From assembly GCA_964016885.1 (NCBI GenBank), contig CAXHJY010001202.1, positions 1 through 64,000 of the forward strand: a DNA stretch of 64,000 nt, given 5' to 3'. Positions 16,197-31,136 of the stretch are shown in pieces. Source of the DNA: Eledone cirrhosa. Lineage: Eukaryota. The notes beneath the pieces are model-generated. The model was not told where the DNA came from, made no database searches, and saw nothing but the letters and a program-made list of their open reading frames with translations. The position numbers and the translations under genes are program-made. Positions within the stretch are counted from its first letter, which is position 1; each line of letters starts with the position of its first letter.

Positions 16197-17815
16197 TCAA
16201 CTCTAAAAGAATGAAAGGCGCAACGTAAGACGTTTCGTCTGTCACGATAACACTTCGACTATTCGCTGCCTATAGCGTGTGTGAATGACGGGAGATTTAG
16301 GTGTTATTTCTGTCAGGTTGAGCGGCCACTTAGAGAAAGACGGTGGAGCCTATTTTGTAGCAAGTTTTAATGTTTAAGTGGGTAACGACCTATGGGAGAG
16401 GATTTGTTCTGGGAAAAACAATGAAACTTTACTTTTACAAATACTTAGTTATATAAATGATATTAAACTGTTCTAGTCATCATTTGAACCCTGCTACGTA
16501 TGCGGTTTTCAACATTCACACGGAAATCACTGATAAATTATACTAGTCAATTAAGCCTAAAAAATAAATGCAATAAACTATTTGCTATTAAACAATTCCT
16601 ACCTTACATTTTTCTCTTCATTTACCTCCAATAATCCATTTCCGTATGTCAAAATTTCCAGCTGTTATCTGTAATACTATTACACAAATATTTTTCCCAA
16701 TAGTGATACAAATACATAGTCAGTTTCATTTTTTTTTCTTCAAAATTTGTTTGTATTGTGTATTTAGCCTCTGAGTCATTGTCCTTTGGTGATTTTGGTT
16801 TTCTTGGCAGATAACATACATGTGGTTTCTAGTGGCATGAAGGATTGTGTCTTAAATGCTGACCACCAATTTTGAAACATTATCGAGGTGGTTTCAACAG
16901 CTGTGGCGCCTCAAGACCCCAACTTATTTTCTCAAATCTGTAAAAATTTGTTTGCCTCAAATAGTTGTTTATGAGGATTTGATTTTCTCCCACCAACTTG
17001 CAATGACTTCTCGAAGGCTAAAGCAACGATGTAAACAAAATGTATTGGCCAGTTATATTCGAATATATTCTGCACCGAAATTTCGAGACGACAGGTTCAA
17101 TTCAAGGTTTGAGCCGTATGTTTCATATCGGTTTACAGAGGTTTCATAAGAGGGCGTGATGGTTTTAAATTCGTATGCGAGCGAGATTTGGACCGTTCAC
17201 AAAATCCTCTTACCTCACCCCACTCTGTCCTTCTTCTCTTATCCCTCCTCACTCTGATTTATTAGTCACCGTCTTTATTTTCAGGTCACTTGTTCATGGT
17301 TGTCAGATGTAATAAATAAACAGGCAAATACTGATACGAAGGAAACACATGTGTAAAAATTGTAAACGTAAAATGACCGAGTAGATGTTGTTCTGAGAAA
17401 GCAAGCCATTCTTCTTAAGTTCTAACTGATGGAAGGGGCTTTCGTCGCATTTCATAAGTGCCCACACCTACTGCATATATGTCTATATTTTTATGTGTCT
17501 TAAGTTCATCTAATTGTTTACAAGATACAACACGCCTGAGAATGGTATATCGTCAATAGACTAGCGTTCTGCCTACTGGGCTATTGTTGTATCTCTTTTG
17601 ATTATCTGCTTTAGAAAATTGAGTTAAGTGTAGTCCATGTGAACAAAACATTTAAGAAATTAATAAAAGTCAACATATGATATATCGAAGACTCGAATAA
17701 CATGGAATTGATAAGGATCAACTCTAAGCATCAGCAAGAAATGAATCTCGAAATCTCACTTGTTAAAGCTTTAACATACTTCTCTCTTCACCTCATCCCC
17801 CCCCCCCTCTCGCTA

Positions 17816-17891
<76 letters not shown>

Positions 17892-18105
17892 CGAGTGTGT
17901 GTATGTGTGCGAATTAAATCAGAACTAATTTTTTTTACAACTAATCCTTGAAGTCTTGAAGTTGTTTCTCCTTATCTTTTTGAGTGGTTAACACTCACAA
18001 AATTCGTTTTTTTTTTTCATACAAGATCTTTTTATTTTTCTTTGGCGTGCGGCATCAGTATCTTCTTTCTTGATTTCACATTTCTGAGTATTGTTATCTA
18101 TCTAT

Positions 18106-18199
<94 letters not shown>

Positions 18200-18227
18200 C
18201 TCTCACTCTCTACCTCCCCTCTCTCTT

Positions 18228-18260
<33 letters not shown>

Positions 18261-18282
18261 ACACACACACACACACAACACA

Positions 18283-18435
18283 CACACACATACACACTCT
18301 TTCTCTATTTCTTCCTTTGTTTCTCTCTCAATCTCTATCTCTTTCTTTTTTCTCTTTCAGTCTCTCTCTCTATATATATCTCTCTCCACTTCTGTTTCTC
18401 TATCGATCATTTTCTCTTCTACTCCCTCTCCCTTT

Positions 18436-18522
<87 letters not shown>

Positions 18523-18677
18523 CACACACACACATACACACTCTTTCTCTATTTCTTCCTTTGTTTCTCTCTCAATCTCTATCTCTTTCTTTTTTCTCTT
18601 TCAGTCTCTCTCTCTATATATATATATCCACTTCTGTTTCTCTATCGATCATTTTCTCTTCTACTCCCTCTCCCTTT

Positions 18678-18720
<43 letters not shown>
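18283..18720. repeat. ~240-bp direct tandem duplication of CT-rich sequence between (CT)n/(CA)n tracts
   Basis: TACACACTCTTTCTCTATTTC...CCCTTTTCATC is present at ~18291-18440 and ~18534-18682. Confidence 0.9.
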
Positions 18721-18737
<17 letters not shown>

Positions 18738-19366
18738 TCTTCTTCTTCTTCTTCTTCTTCTTCTTCTTCTTCTTCTTCTTCTCTCTTTCATAACAACCTG
18801 ATCTATCAAATTGCCAGCAGGTTATTGAACAGTTATCATGATCTCTGGGTCAACTATTGATAGCATCTGAAATGTTACATTCATTTATCATGTGTGATCG
18901 ATGTTCAATCAGTTATTTACGTGAAGAATATTCTTATCTATTAAAACATTACCAATTATGCCAGCGATGTCTGTGAAGCCAATATATATCACACCTCACT
19001 CACTACAATATATATGAACATGTGTGCCTGTGTGTGCCTGTGTGTGCCTGTGTGTGTGGACAGGATGTTATGAATTAAAGACTAGTAAGGTCATTATTGA
19101 ACTTAATCTTCATACTTTAGAGATAGTAAAGTGTAGATATTTTTCGAAACTTAAGCGCTATCGTCAAGCTCCAACCCCTTTTCGGGGACAGAATTGGAAA
19201 TCAATAGCAATTCTAACAGCGATATAGTTTAAGCTTAGCCATGTGTGGGTGTGTGGGTGGGTGGGGGTGGGGGGCTGGTGGGTGCTTGCGTGTGCGTACG
19301 CTTAGTATTGACGGTCGAGAAAATGAGTACACAATACTGAAGTGAGTAACAAGGCTCACGTTTGGC

Positions 19367-19435
<69 letters not shown>

Positions 19436-19440
<5 letters not shown>

Positions 19441-19602
19441 ACCGAAATATATATAGCAGTAATAAACGAAGCTAAATTTTAAACATTTGACTTTTTATTT
19501 TACTTTATTTTACATTACTCCGGTGTAACCAAACCAACCTGCGCACTTCGTCGAGTGCTCCAGCCTGCATACTCAGGTGTTGGTATACAACCAACATATA
19601 CT

Positions 19603-19606
<4 letters not shown>
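19436..19606 (+). mobile_element. 5'-truncated copy of the 54488-54730 hammerhead element (3' half of the ribozyme only)
   Basis: TGTCACCGAAATATATATAGCAGTAATAAACGAAGCTAAATTTTAA.CATTTGACTTTT matches 54654-54712. Flanked by (TG)n and (TA)n. Confidence 0.85.
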
Positions 19607-19645
<39 letters not shown>

Positions 19646-20130
19646 TAAAAGGAAAAGAAAATGCTGACAAATTGTTCCCAGTGAAAAATAGTTAAATTAG
19701 GAATAAGTAAAAATTAGTAATAGTATTGGTTAGTATTCAGTTTTGGTTTTAAGTTTTACCGGTTGCGCATTTCTAATGCTTTTCAAAAATAATTTTGAGA
19801 TAGAGCGCCCGTGATGTTTGCTCTAATCTGATTAGTTTTGGAAATTCTACCTGTTTTATGTAAAAAAAAGTGGCTCCAGATGTATGAAAAAATTATTGTG
19901 GTCAAAACAATTTTGATTGGTCGGTAGAGGTCATGTGAATGTTAAAAATTGATTTTGCGCCAAATGTAGGTTTGTCTCGGCTGATCGAGAAGTCACTGAA
20001 AAATAAGTCTTTCAAGACAAATATGTGTGTGTGTGTGTAATAGTAGTAAAGAGGTTCGTTGTTGTGATAATGGTCAGCAGGGATGTGTGTGCGAACCGCA
20101 GCCTGCTGACAGTTCAAATGCCTATTAAGA

Positions 20131-20161
<31 letters not shown>

Positions 20162-20342
20162 AGCAGAGTAATTCGTGGTAGAGGGATCGGTCAGTAGGAA
20201 TGTGTCTGTACGTGTGTGGGGGATATTTTAACATGTTAAAAGATATTTTTCAGCTGTTGTCTTATACGGAGAAGTGTGTGTGTGTGTGTGTATATGTCTC
20301 TTTGTATGTTAATGTACGCGTGTGTATGTGTGTGTGTATATA

Positions 20343-20373
<31 letters not shown>

Positions 20374-20848
20374 ATATGTGTGTGTGTGGGGGTGGACCAG
20401 TATTTTTGTGATACTGGTAAAAATGGTGTACATTATTCGATATTTTCAGTAAAAACGATTCTCTCAAGAGAACATCAAAAACCTTAATAATAAAAGGTGT
20501 GAAATGATATATAGTATTGTCATAACACCAAGGTGTGTGTGAGTGTCCAGATTGTACGTACTGCCGTATTGGAATACTTGTGTACAAATATGTATGTGCC
20601 CATCAGTGTGCAATGCATGTGTGCGTATATGTATGTGTGTCGGCACGTTTATATCTATAGACATCAAAAGGTATGCAAATTTGTGTATATGTGTGTTGTA
20701 CCATAGAACATGTGTGTTTACGTATGTCATTGTGTTTATATGTCGATAGAGATGTATGTAGAATGTATGCTGATGTAGGTATGTATGTTGGCGTGTGTAT
20801 GTTGTGGGTTCGTCTTAGGGAGAAGTGTTTATATATATATATATATAT

Positions 20849-21135
20849 ATAGGAAAATGTTCAAGACACCGACGGTAGAGCTCGAGCCGTTTCGACGGCT
20901 ATTTCTGGGCTGAGTTTAGTCCAGAAATAGCCGTCGAAATGCCTCGTGCTCTGCCGTCGGGGTCTTGAACATTTTCCTATTACCCACTCTACTACCCTAA
21001 GTATTGAGTACTCTGGTGCGCTATGGTCCACCTGGTTCCTTACCACACTTGCTTCGTTATATATAGAGAGAGAGAGATTCGGGAACTGGTTGTTGAAACG
21101 GCAAGAGCTCAGTCGTCGGGGTCGTGACGCTTTAT
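20849..21135 (+). mobile_element. Penelope-type terminal remnant with a ~65-bp-arm foldback (20849-20980), in (TA)n
   Basis: Inverted arms AGGAAAATGTTCAAGAC...GTCTTGAACATTTTCCT. The downstream ACTCTACTACCC.AAGTAT.GAGTACTCTGGTG is homologous to the minus strand at 30995-31070, which lies just upstream of a hammerhead. Confidence 0.65.
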
Positions 21136-21328
21136 AATATATATACATATAACCTACACTCATGAAAATATTAGTTATATATATATTAGGCCTTATATAT
21201 ATATATATATATGGGGGGGTGCCTTGGGGCTGTCTCTAACAGAGGATTTCCAGATGTTCGCTAAATGTTCACTCTCTATCAACATTATCTTTGTGGTCAT
21301 GTTATATACTTAACAAAGATTATATTGA

Positions 21329-21393
<65 letters not shown>

Positions 21394-22167
21394 TACTACT
21401 ACTAACAACAACAATAGCAATCTACATTCATAACTAGCTGGATCCGTGGAAATTTGGCTGCGGTTGATAGATAGATGAGAAGGAAGAAGGAATCATTCTA
21501 TATTACCTCAGCACCTAATAATTAATAACACTTCAATCATTACACTGTTCTAGCAGTATAATCATTACATGATTAGAATCATTATACTGTTTGTTATCAT
21601 AATCATAATTCATACCATTAACTCAATACTTCTTTATGCACAATGTTTTAGTGATGGGTTTTCCTCTTTGTTTTCTTTGCTTATTAGTATAAATACCCTA
21701 ACAAAACATCAGTTAATTTCCTATCCCTAGTGAACGCAGCCTATAACTGTGTATAACTAAACATTGGTGATGATAATGTAATCCTTATCTTATTAAATGT
21801 TTGACCTTGTGGTTTCCTAATTGTCATTCATTGAAAAAGTTAATCAATGTAAAATGTTTAGTTTGCCAGATGACAGTTAATTAAAATAAAACGAATGCGT
21901 TAAATAATTGACTATCTAAAACAAACAACAATTTAGTTCAATAAAAAAGAACTATAGTCTTCGTTTTCCCCTCTTTACCAGAAACATTACCATTCTGGAC
22001 ACCTACATCCACCACTATCACTACCGATAGCGCCACCACTGTAACAACTACTATAATCCTCAGCATATCACATGGTTATTTGTGTACGTGCGATTATGCG
22101 TCTGTATGTAACATTTTCATATTTCTGCCTCTCACCGTAACCACTTTCCCTCCGATTAACACCGCCC

Positions 22168-22198
<31 letters not shown>

Positions 22199-22272
22199 TT
22201 ACTTTATTCTCCAACCGGCTTAATATACGTATGCACATAAACGGTGTGTACATCCCAACGGAAATGAATATC

Positions 22273-22440
22273 TAATTGTTTCTACTTTTGGCACAAGGCC
22301 AGCAATTATCCCAGTGCATAACTGGTACTTTATTTTATCGTAATAATGAAAGGCAAAGTTAACCTAGGCGGGATTTGAACTCAGATCATAAAGGGCCGTA
22401 ACTCGATGCTGCAAAGCATGGCGTCCGACCTTCTACCGTT
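22273..22440 (-). mobile_element. Main-family SINE
   Basis: Shared tail, core and B-box. Confidence 0.85.
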
Positions 22441-23387
22441 ACGGATAAAGTACGGCTAGAGGCAGAAAAACATGGACAAAGACGTTTGCAAGAAATCGAA
22501 CCACGGCTGTTTCTGCATTCAACAGTACGATTCAACGTTCTTGGCTTAGTCCATCTTCAAATTTCATTTTCAGCACACCCCCTCATATCTACGAGGGGAT
22601 TTTGAAAGGTTTTCGTAATAACAAAAAAACTTCGATAAAAACATTATTTTAGCAAACCTAATTTTCAATTTAACGTTCTTTTCAGTTTAAAGAAAGAGTG
22701 ACACAGATTGGAAAGAGACGGAGAAATATTTCGTTCCGCAGACCCAGAAGGCTGAGCATTGAAACGATACCAGGTAAAAGACTTTTAACTTATCATTTCG
22801 AAATTGGTGCTCCAGTGTGGCCATAGCCGGAATGGGTGTAACAAACTGAAGAAGAACTAAATTATTTAGTACACTTCTAACCTTATTCAAAAATATTGCT
22901 GTGGTTCAACAGCAAAGTTTATATATTTAATATGAGCAGGCACGGCAGTGTGGTGATGGAGTTCGCTTCAAAACTACATGGTTTCGAGTTCAGCCTTACC
23001 CCTGCATAGCACATTGGGCAAGTGTTTTCTACAATAACATGTGATTGACCAATATCTTTTGAGTCAAATTTGATATAGAAATATAGATAGAAAATAAATA
23101 ATTATTAAAAACAGACATTGTTATCGATTCTATTCATACTATCCCACAATTCTTTCTCCTTTATGGCCATATCAGTGGAACGGAGTATCAATGGCTGGGC
23201 TCGAGTTTAGTCCCGAAAGACTAACAGAAACAAAATGTCTATAACAAATAAGAAACACATATATATTTAATTGAGTGAAAATATGACTCTACCAAAGCGT
23301 AACAATATCTCTTTCGGCATTCGGCCTTCAATAGATCAGTTTTCTAGCCAAACATAAAACAGGAATGAAATATGTGTATGCGCGCGC

Positions 23388-23429
<42 letters not shown>

Positions 23430-23608
23430 AGTGTGTCTATGTGTGTTTATGTGTAGTAGGTCTATGAGTAGTATGTCTAGTATGTCTATGTGTATATGAG
23501 TGTATATACATGTATACCTGTATGTGTATTTATATGTGTATATATGGTATATATGCATGTTTCTATGTGTTATGTATGCATGTATATGTGTAAATGCGTC
23601 AGGGTGTG

Positions 23609-23646
<38 letters not shown>

Positions 23647-24846
23647 TATATGTGTGAGTTTATATCCGTGTGTTTATATATGTGTGTACTCGTATATTTA
23701 TGTGTGTATGGTTATATGTGTCCATGTCTTTGTTTGTGTGTGTTTATATGTGTGTATGTACATGTATATAAGAGTGACTGTATGTGTATATATCTATATA
23801 AATTGATATCTGTGTATGTTTATACACGTCTGCGTACGCACGTTTATATGTATATATATATATATATATGCGTGTGTGTGTATATAGGAGAGCACACATG
23901 CGTGTATTGGTTGTGATTTATTGAATATATCACAAAGAATCTGAAGAAAAAAAACTAATAAAAAATACAATAAATAAACAGAAAAGAAATAAATAACGTA
24001 GGTATCGATATAGATTTATTGTGTAACGGGAGAATTTATTGCTAAGAAATCATTCTGTGTAACAGAATATCTTCTTCGAATGAAGTCTACATACCTATCA
24101 GACGGAAACTAAATAAAGATTTTTCAAATACACGTGGAATACGTAATCATATAAGACCGGGGAGGTGGGGAGAGAACAGATCGATCTCTAACTGCTGACG
24201 AGGCAAATCTAAAGTTATTTTGTTTGTTTATTTTTAATCTATTGTTCGTTCGATATATTTTCTTATCGCGCGCTACCTATGTATCGCATCTATTGCGTGT
24301 TACCAGTATTGGTGTTGTTGCTGTTATTGTTATTATTATTTGTATGTGGATTATTTGGTTCGGTTTCGATGATGTGTATTCAGGTTTTCGATAATCAACT
24401 GAATCGCCTGCTCATTGAATTGACGTGTAAATGTCTGAGTATTTCACTAGCACGTGTAGTCTTTACGTAATCCTCAAGCTGAATCAGCATAACACTGTGT
24501 TAAAACAATGGACTTCCGTAGAGTTTCCGTCAAGAAAATTCCATTCATAAAGCTTGTGTCAACCTGAGGTTATGATTAAAAACATTTGCCAAAGATAAAA
24601 CACAGTGGGATCGAACTGGGTATCTCATAATTGGGAAGTGAACTTCTTAATCATTCGGTCATGCAGTGTCCACACACACGTGGGCACGCGCGTATATCTG
24701 TGTGGGAGAGAGAAAGAGAGTTGGGGAGAGAGAAGGAGAAAGGATTAGCCATAACAAGACGCGCGTACAAGTTCTAATAATGGAGAATATGTGCTTTTGC
24801 CGATAAATTTTACGAAACTGGCAGTTCTTAGTGCATTATACATACC

Positions 24847-24911
<65 letters not shown>

Positions 24912-24921
<10 letters not shown>

Positions 24922-25038
24922 AATCCTTTTACTAAGTCTGCCTAAATCGGACTTCGTAGGGTTAATAAGCCGAATAGAGGGGTTGTTCGGAAAATTGGAT
25001 TTGTGATCCTTCAGGGTAAAGTGGGGAGAAATAGGGTC
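24912..25038 (-). pseudogene. Penelope-like element reverse transcriptase fragment
   Basis: Open minus frame DPISPHFTLKDHKSNFPNNPSIRLINPTKSDLGRLSKRI matches the TLKDHKxNFxxNPxxRLINPxKSxxGxxSK motif of PLE RTs. Flanked by (TA)n. Too short for the ORF track. Confidence 0.85.
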
Positions 25039-25104
25039 CAGAAGATCCCGTTAAGGGTGAAAGCAGCGATTCTTTGCTTAAACTTTAATCTGTTATTTTA
25101 ATAA

Positions 25105-25140
<36 letters not shown>

Positions 25141-25848
25141 TTATTGGTTGATATTACTTTTTTCTGGCATTGCCCAAAATGGGATCGAAATTACGACGAG
25201 CGTTGTATTAGTGAAATATGCTTCTTCATTGACCACACTCAGCAATACTCTGTCCAAGTAATAAAACATGAAAATTTAGCTTCAGAACTAGAGATCCCGC
25301 GTTCAATCCTATTTTGTTGACCGATACTCTGTCAGTGAAATTCCGTAAAGAAGAACTGTTTGGAAATTCATCAGAAAGATTGTACCCGTAATAGCAACAA
25401 GATCAATGTCTCACAGAATTACATTACGAGTACACGTGTCTGTTGAATGCTCAGCTATTCGCACGTTAATTTCACTATGAGATTGTTCCGTTGATTGAAC
25501 AATTGGAACAACCAACAATCATCGTGGCTGCCGACGGAGGTCCATTCTAAACCATACATTCAGCCACATCTTGCTATCTCACGCTGAAAATAGTTCGACA
25601 CCAATCTAATATACATAAAAAAATTGATGACCGTGTAAATATGAGTTGAACAAATTATGTAAATTCTTTCTGCCTAAACCCAGCTATATAGATCGACTTG
25701 CAGGCATAACCAATTTGAGCGAGTGTTTGTAGCTCGGTTAGTCTTGGCTGTCTTGGGCAATCTAATAAATCTAACGAGAAATCTAATAAATACATTCTCT
25801 ATAAATAAAAATGGCCATTTCATTTTTTCTCGTTATACTCGCATACTC

Positions 25849-25920
<72 letters not shown>

Positions 25921-26277
25921 CCACTTACACACCCACGGATATGATGTATACAAATATATATATATATTATATATATGTGTCTGTGTGTGGGTGTGTGTGT
26001 CCATCTATCGATCAATTTATCTGCATTTCTTTCTACCAATTTGTATATTTAGCTTTATAACTATTGATTTCTTCCCACGTATTACTACTCTATGTTGTTG
26101 TTGTTGGTGGTGGTGTAGGCGGTGGTGGTGGTGGTGGTGGTGATGGTACAGTTTATATTAGTACTGTTACATAGCTTCAAGTGAGCCCTAAACTGTATGA
26201 TCATAAGCATTACATGGATTAATATAAAGGTGCGCTACTAAACACCAAGAACCTACCGAATCTGACAATCTAAAATA

Positions 26278-26620
26278 ATAATAATTGTTTCTACTTTAGG
26301 CACAAGGCCAGCAATTACCCAGTTCATTACTGGTACTTTATTTTATCGACCCCGTAAGGATGAAAGGCAAAGTCAACCTCGGCGGGATTTGAACTCAGAT
26401 CGTAAAGGGATGTAGCTATGCTGGAAAGCATGGCGTCCGACCCTCTACCGATACTGCCAATCCAATAATAATGTTGATCCGGAACCAATCAGAAGCGATT
26501 GGTTTCTGATTAAGGCTTAAGGCCAACAATTTTGGGAGAGGGGAAAGTTGATTAAATCAACACCAGTGCGTTGCTGGTGCTTTATTTTATCGACCCCGTA
26601 AGGATGAAAGGCAAAGTTGA
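26278..26620 (-). mobile_element. Two main-family SINE copies (26278-26464 near full length; 26505-26620 partial)
   Basis: Shared motifs. Confidence 0.88.
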
Positions 26621-26709
26621 TAGTAACAATTTTGCAGACGATACACAAGTATGACCGCAATCCAATGCGTGGAAATAATGAAATTGTGCGTAGGTAAGTA
26701 TATATATGT

Positions 26710-26832
26710 ATATGGGCGGTGGAAGTATTTCGGAATTGGGGGAACCAAATTTGGTCAATTTAGTTGTAGTGAATAGTTTAGCTGTTATTATCAAATATGA
26801 ACCAAAATATAAAAAACTTCGGGATATATACA

Positions 26833-26870
<38 letters not shown>

Positions 26871-27504
26871 GTAGATAAATCTACCAAAATATACGTCTGA
26901 TGACGGCATGTATATGTGAAGATATGTATATTTTCTCTGATAATTTGTAATATTTTTACATAGATCTTAAACATAATATACATACCAACACACATATACA
27001 TCCCGGAAACGATCGTAAAATGATGAATTTGTTGATATAAGGAACTTGTTCTTTGTTTTTATTTCATTGTTTTTATTAATTTATATATATCGAAGTTTTT
27101 TTATATCTTAGTTGATATTTGATAATAACAGCTAAACTACTCACTACAACTAAATTGACCAAATTTGGTTCCCCCAATTCCGAAATGCTTCCACCGCCCA
27201 TGTATATATATTATTGGTATATATATATACATGTATATATATTATTGGTATATATATATACATGGGCGGTGGAAGCATTTCGGAATTGGGGGAACCAAAT
27301 TTGGTCAATTTAGTTGTAGTGAGTAGTTTAGCTGTTATTATCAAATATCAACCAAGATATAAAAAAAACTTCAATCTCGATACACATAACATGTACATAA
27401 ATTCTAGCGTATATACAAATAAATGTGTGTTTTGGTAGTTCTGGGAGAAACGTATAATTATGGGGGAGCCCCCCCCCCCCCCCCCCCCAGTTCCACGGAC
27501 CATG
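26710..27504. mobile_element. hAT-like MITE cluster: three ~112-bp left ends (26710-26821 +, 27092-27202 -, 27261-27372 +) and one right end (~27491-27504)
   Basis: CATGGGCGGTGGAAGCATTTCGGAATTGGGGGAACC... is repeated; the right terminus TTCCACGGACCATG is an imperfect TIR. Confidence 0.75.
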
Positions 27505-27525
27505 ATATATATATATGTATATATA

Positions 27526-27645
27526 GCGTCCGAAATGTTGAGACCTTCTTGCTATTTCAAGCGTTAAACTAATATATTCCTTCTATATACTGTGCCGTTT
27601 GTTTTGTTATTTTATTATTTTTATTATTTCTGTTTACCTTTCACA
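27526..27645 (+). mobile_element. Truncated homolog of the 30860-30981 hammerhead element
   Basis: TCCGAAATGTTGAGAC...GCTATTTCAAGCGTTAA...TATTCCTTC.ATATACTGT.CCG...ATTTCTGTTTACCTTT matches the reverse complement of 30860-30960. Confidence 0.8.
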
Positions 27646-27648
27646 TAA

Positions 27649-27706
<58 letters not shown>

Positions 27707-27837
27707 TTTATTTATTATATGTAATGTTTTCATGTCTCAATCTTAAGGTATATAAATATTGAGTGTTGTCCTAACTTATTCACTGCCATGACTGAATTTT
27801 AACCATCTACATAGTCAAGGTATGTCAAGCATCATCT

Positions 27838-27898
27838 TATTTTATCTGATGAGGACGTACTGTTGTAAATAGCTCAGTACCTCTGAAATAATAAAATA
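27838..27898 (+). ncRNA. Type-I hammerhead, long stem II variant, stem III deleted (probably inactive)
   Basis: TATTTTAT-CTGATGA-GGAcGTACTG...CAGTACcTCT-GAAA-TA-ATAAAATA. Confidence 0.7.
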
Positions 27899-28079
27899 TA
27901 CTTGATCACACGAATGTCTATATTTGTTAATATTTTGAATTAATATATATATATATGTTTGTGTGTGTGTGTGTGTGTGTATGGATATGTATGTATATAT
28001 ATGTATGTATGTATATATATGTATCTATATATATATGTATATATATGTATATATATGTATATATATAAATATAAAACTG

Positions 28080-28131
<52 letters not shown>

Positions 28132-28552
28132 TCATTTTTGCAAAGTCTATACAAATCCACATTCTACTCCGATTGACTTCAAACTTCCATTTATATATTC
28201 CTTGCTTTTAATTTTCAATTTTCTGTTGTTAAAGGAGTGTTAGGCGCCGTTTATCGATCTCTGTCGAGCCCTTATAATATCTGTCTGTATGTCTGGCTGT
28301 ATGCATAACGAGATTCTGACGAACACGTCATTGCTGACGTATTATTTTCGTTTTATACACACACACACATATGTACATGTACATATATATACATATATAT
28401 ATATACATATACACACATATATACACATATACATATATATATATACAAACACATGTACACATATATAGATATACACATATACACATATATAAATATACAC
28501 ATAAAAATATATGTATATATATATACACACACACACACATATATATATACAT

Positions 28553-28583
<31 letters not shown>

Positions 28584-28586
28584 CAT

Positions 28587-28652
<66 letters not shown>

Positions 28653-28943
28653 CTGTGTGTGTATATATATATATATACATTGTAGGTCGCTTTAACCCGT
28701 CTTTTATTATTCAAAAAACTCCTTACCAATAAACATTAACCCTTTGTGCGCCATTCATCTAACTGTAGACCAACAAATACCAAGTAAACGGAGTGTTGAC
28801 AAGAGCGATGGCGAATGAATCTTCGAGGTAAGCAGTTTCCTCCCGAGCTGTTAGTTCACGCAGGATTCTCTGCTACACCTTTTCGTAATAATACCGAACA
28901 ACGTACTGCTGGTCACGCCTTCCTCCAAAAGCCGTACAAAGCA

Positions 28944-29047
<104 letters not shown>

Positions 29048-29493
29048 GTTATAAGAACAGATTAAATGTTAAGCAAAGAATCGGTGCTTTCAACATTAAC
29101 GGGATCTTCTGAAACTAAAAAATTTAATCTGTGAACGCAGAAGTAAATATTTCGAGAAACGTTGCAACCGAAGGAAAACAGGAAGACGATATTTTGGTTC
29201 GTGAAGACGTTCCCTGGCAAAGAACGGAAAAAAAGCGAGGATAATACGTCATGTGTTGAGAAGAATAATTTCATGGAAAGACAAGACCAAGTTTATGGTA
29301 TAAATGGACTCGCTAGACTAATATTCTATTTAAAATAACCGAATGATTTCCAGCCCCGGAGTTTAAGAATGATGTAAATAAAATTGAAAACGAAAATGAC
29401 AGAGGTTATTAAAATAGTAAAAGTAAATAGTGAAGATTTAGGCCAGTACATACGTATGCGCCGACGGACATACATATACATACGCACACACAA

Positions 29494-29572
<79 letters not shown>

Positions 29573-29603
29573 ACCCCACCACCCACCCACCCCACACACA
29601 CAC

Positions 29604-30040
29604 GTGTGTGTGTGTGTAAACCTTATGCATTTCTGCAGTATTTTCACCAAACTTAAGACATAGGTTACTTATGTACTCTGGATGGTCATGGGCACTTTCA
29701 TTTTTCCAGATATTGATTATAGGGCCTCCCGGCAGATAACCCCCTTCAACTGCTTCCTTGGAATCGACTGAAGCACTGCAGTTCAATACAACAAAACGTC
29801 ATAACTTTTGGAGTTCGCAACCGATTTTCACAAAACTTGACACATGGGCTACGTTTGTTCTACAGATGAATGTGAACTCTCAGAATTGGCACATATTGAG
29901 TAGGGGACCCCTGGGGGTACGAACCCCCTTTTGGAAAAAGCCGATGATTTTGTAAAAGTATAGTTTTCGAAGCAGCACTGAAGTATTGACATAAATGGTA
30001 TACATAACTGCTATTTAATACCCGAGCAACGGGTATTAAT
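29604..30040 (+). mobile_element. Probable non-autonomous Helitron
   Basis: Body motifs (CATAACTTTTG...CCGATTTTCACAAAACTTG) and a terminal AATACCCGAGCAACGGGTATT hairpin like that at 16169. No intact CTAG. Confidence 0.55.
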
Positions 30041-30298
30041 ATATACATATAACCTGTTAGTTCCATCGTTACTTTGGTATATTATTGTGTGTTAGATTTT
30101 GCCTACCACAATGTTCGATTTGTCAAGCTATTTAAACGTATGTTATTACTCTAAGGACCTACCTTATCGAGTGCTTTGCTAACTCATCATTTCACATAAG
30201 TAGGCCGAATTTGCTTGCAAACCGCCAGAGATTCGATTTTACTAAATTTCCAATTGTATATATATGTATGTATATATATATATGTATGCATATATAAG

Positions 30299-30393
<95 letters not shown>

Positions 30394-30945
30394 CGAAAGA
30401 CAGTCCTCCACAGCCGTTGAGATGGACTTTGACAGTTTCGACCCTTATCATTGGTATTGCTGGTCCACCCGGGGTCACACCGTCTGACACAAATCAAAGC
30501 ACTATCCTATGGAGTAAGAGACGAGACAAATAGACTTATATATACAAGTGTATAGAGATATGTAAAATCCCAACTGCAGCGCCAAGCTGTTTCGGGCTGT
30601 GTGTCCAGCAAGACTTTGAAGGGTGTAGTGATATTTGTAGGGTGTGAACAAGTCACTGTTCTTGGTGGTGCTTTGGTTGAGTTTATCATAGTAATAAACT
30701 GGTCTGATGGAGAAAGTGGGGTGGCGGGGCAGACAGTGGGTGTGGAGGCAGGTAATGTGTCGGGGGAAGGAAGTAGTGTGGGTGGGTGTAATGGCGGTTA
30801 ATGGGTAGGAGTGGTGTAGGAGGAGAAGGGACATGATGGTTATATGAATATGGGGTGTGTAAAAGGTAAACAGAAATAACAACACAATCGGTACAGTATA
30901 TGGAAGGAATATCTTAGGTTAACGCTTGAAATAGCAGGAAGAGAG

Positions 30946-30981
30946 TCTTAACGTTTCGGAGGCTAGTCCTTCATCAGAAGA
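30946..30981 (-). ncRNA. Minimal type-I hammerhead ribozyme (PLE type, palindromic stem III)
   Basis: Minus: UCUU-CUGAUGA-A-GGA-CUAGCC-UCC-GAAAC-GUU-AAGA. Stem I is UCUU/AAGA; the AACGUU palindrome allows a dimeric stem III. Confidence 0.82.
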
Positions 30982-31136
30982 AAGAATAAGAAATAGAAGC
31001 GGTAAAATTCAGTTAGACCATTACTCACCAGAGTACTCGATACTTGGGGTAGTAGAGTCGTTAATAGGATAAATTCGGGATTGTTCGGATCAAGCTGTTG
31101 AAACGGCAGGTGCTCAGCCGTCAGGGGTCCGGAATT

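Noticed and set aside
20400-20530. LLRESFLLKISNN as a GIY-YIG C-terminus
   Set aside because: Similarity too weak without the GIY/YIG motifs.
22590-22625. Mariner-like TIR start TACGAGGGG
   Set aside because: No matching second TIR or transposase found.
26897-26925. CTGATGA motif (similar lone cores at ~15628, ~24195 and minus ~25370)
   Set aside because: No downstream GAAA with paired stems.
28769-28833. Possible small exon (tgtag|ACC...GAG|gtaagc, open frame)
   Set aside because: Splice-like signals only; no homology or partner exon that I can support.
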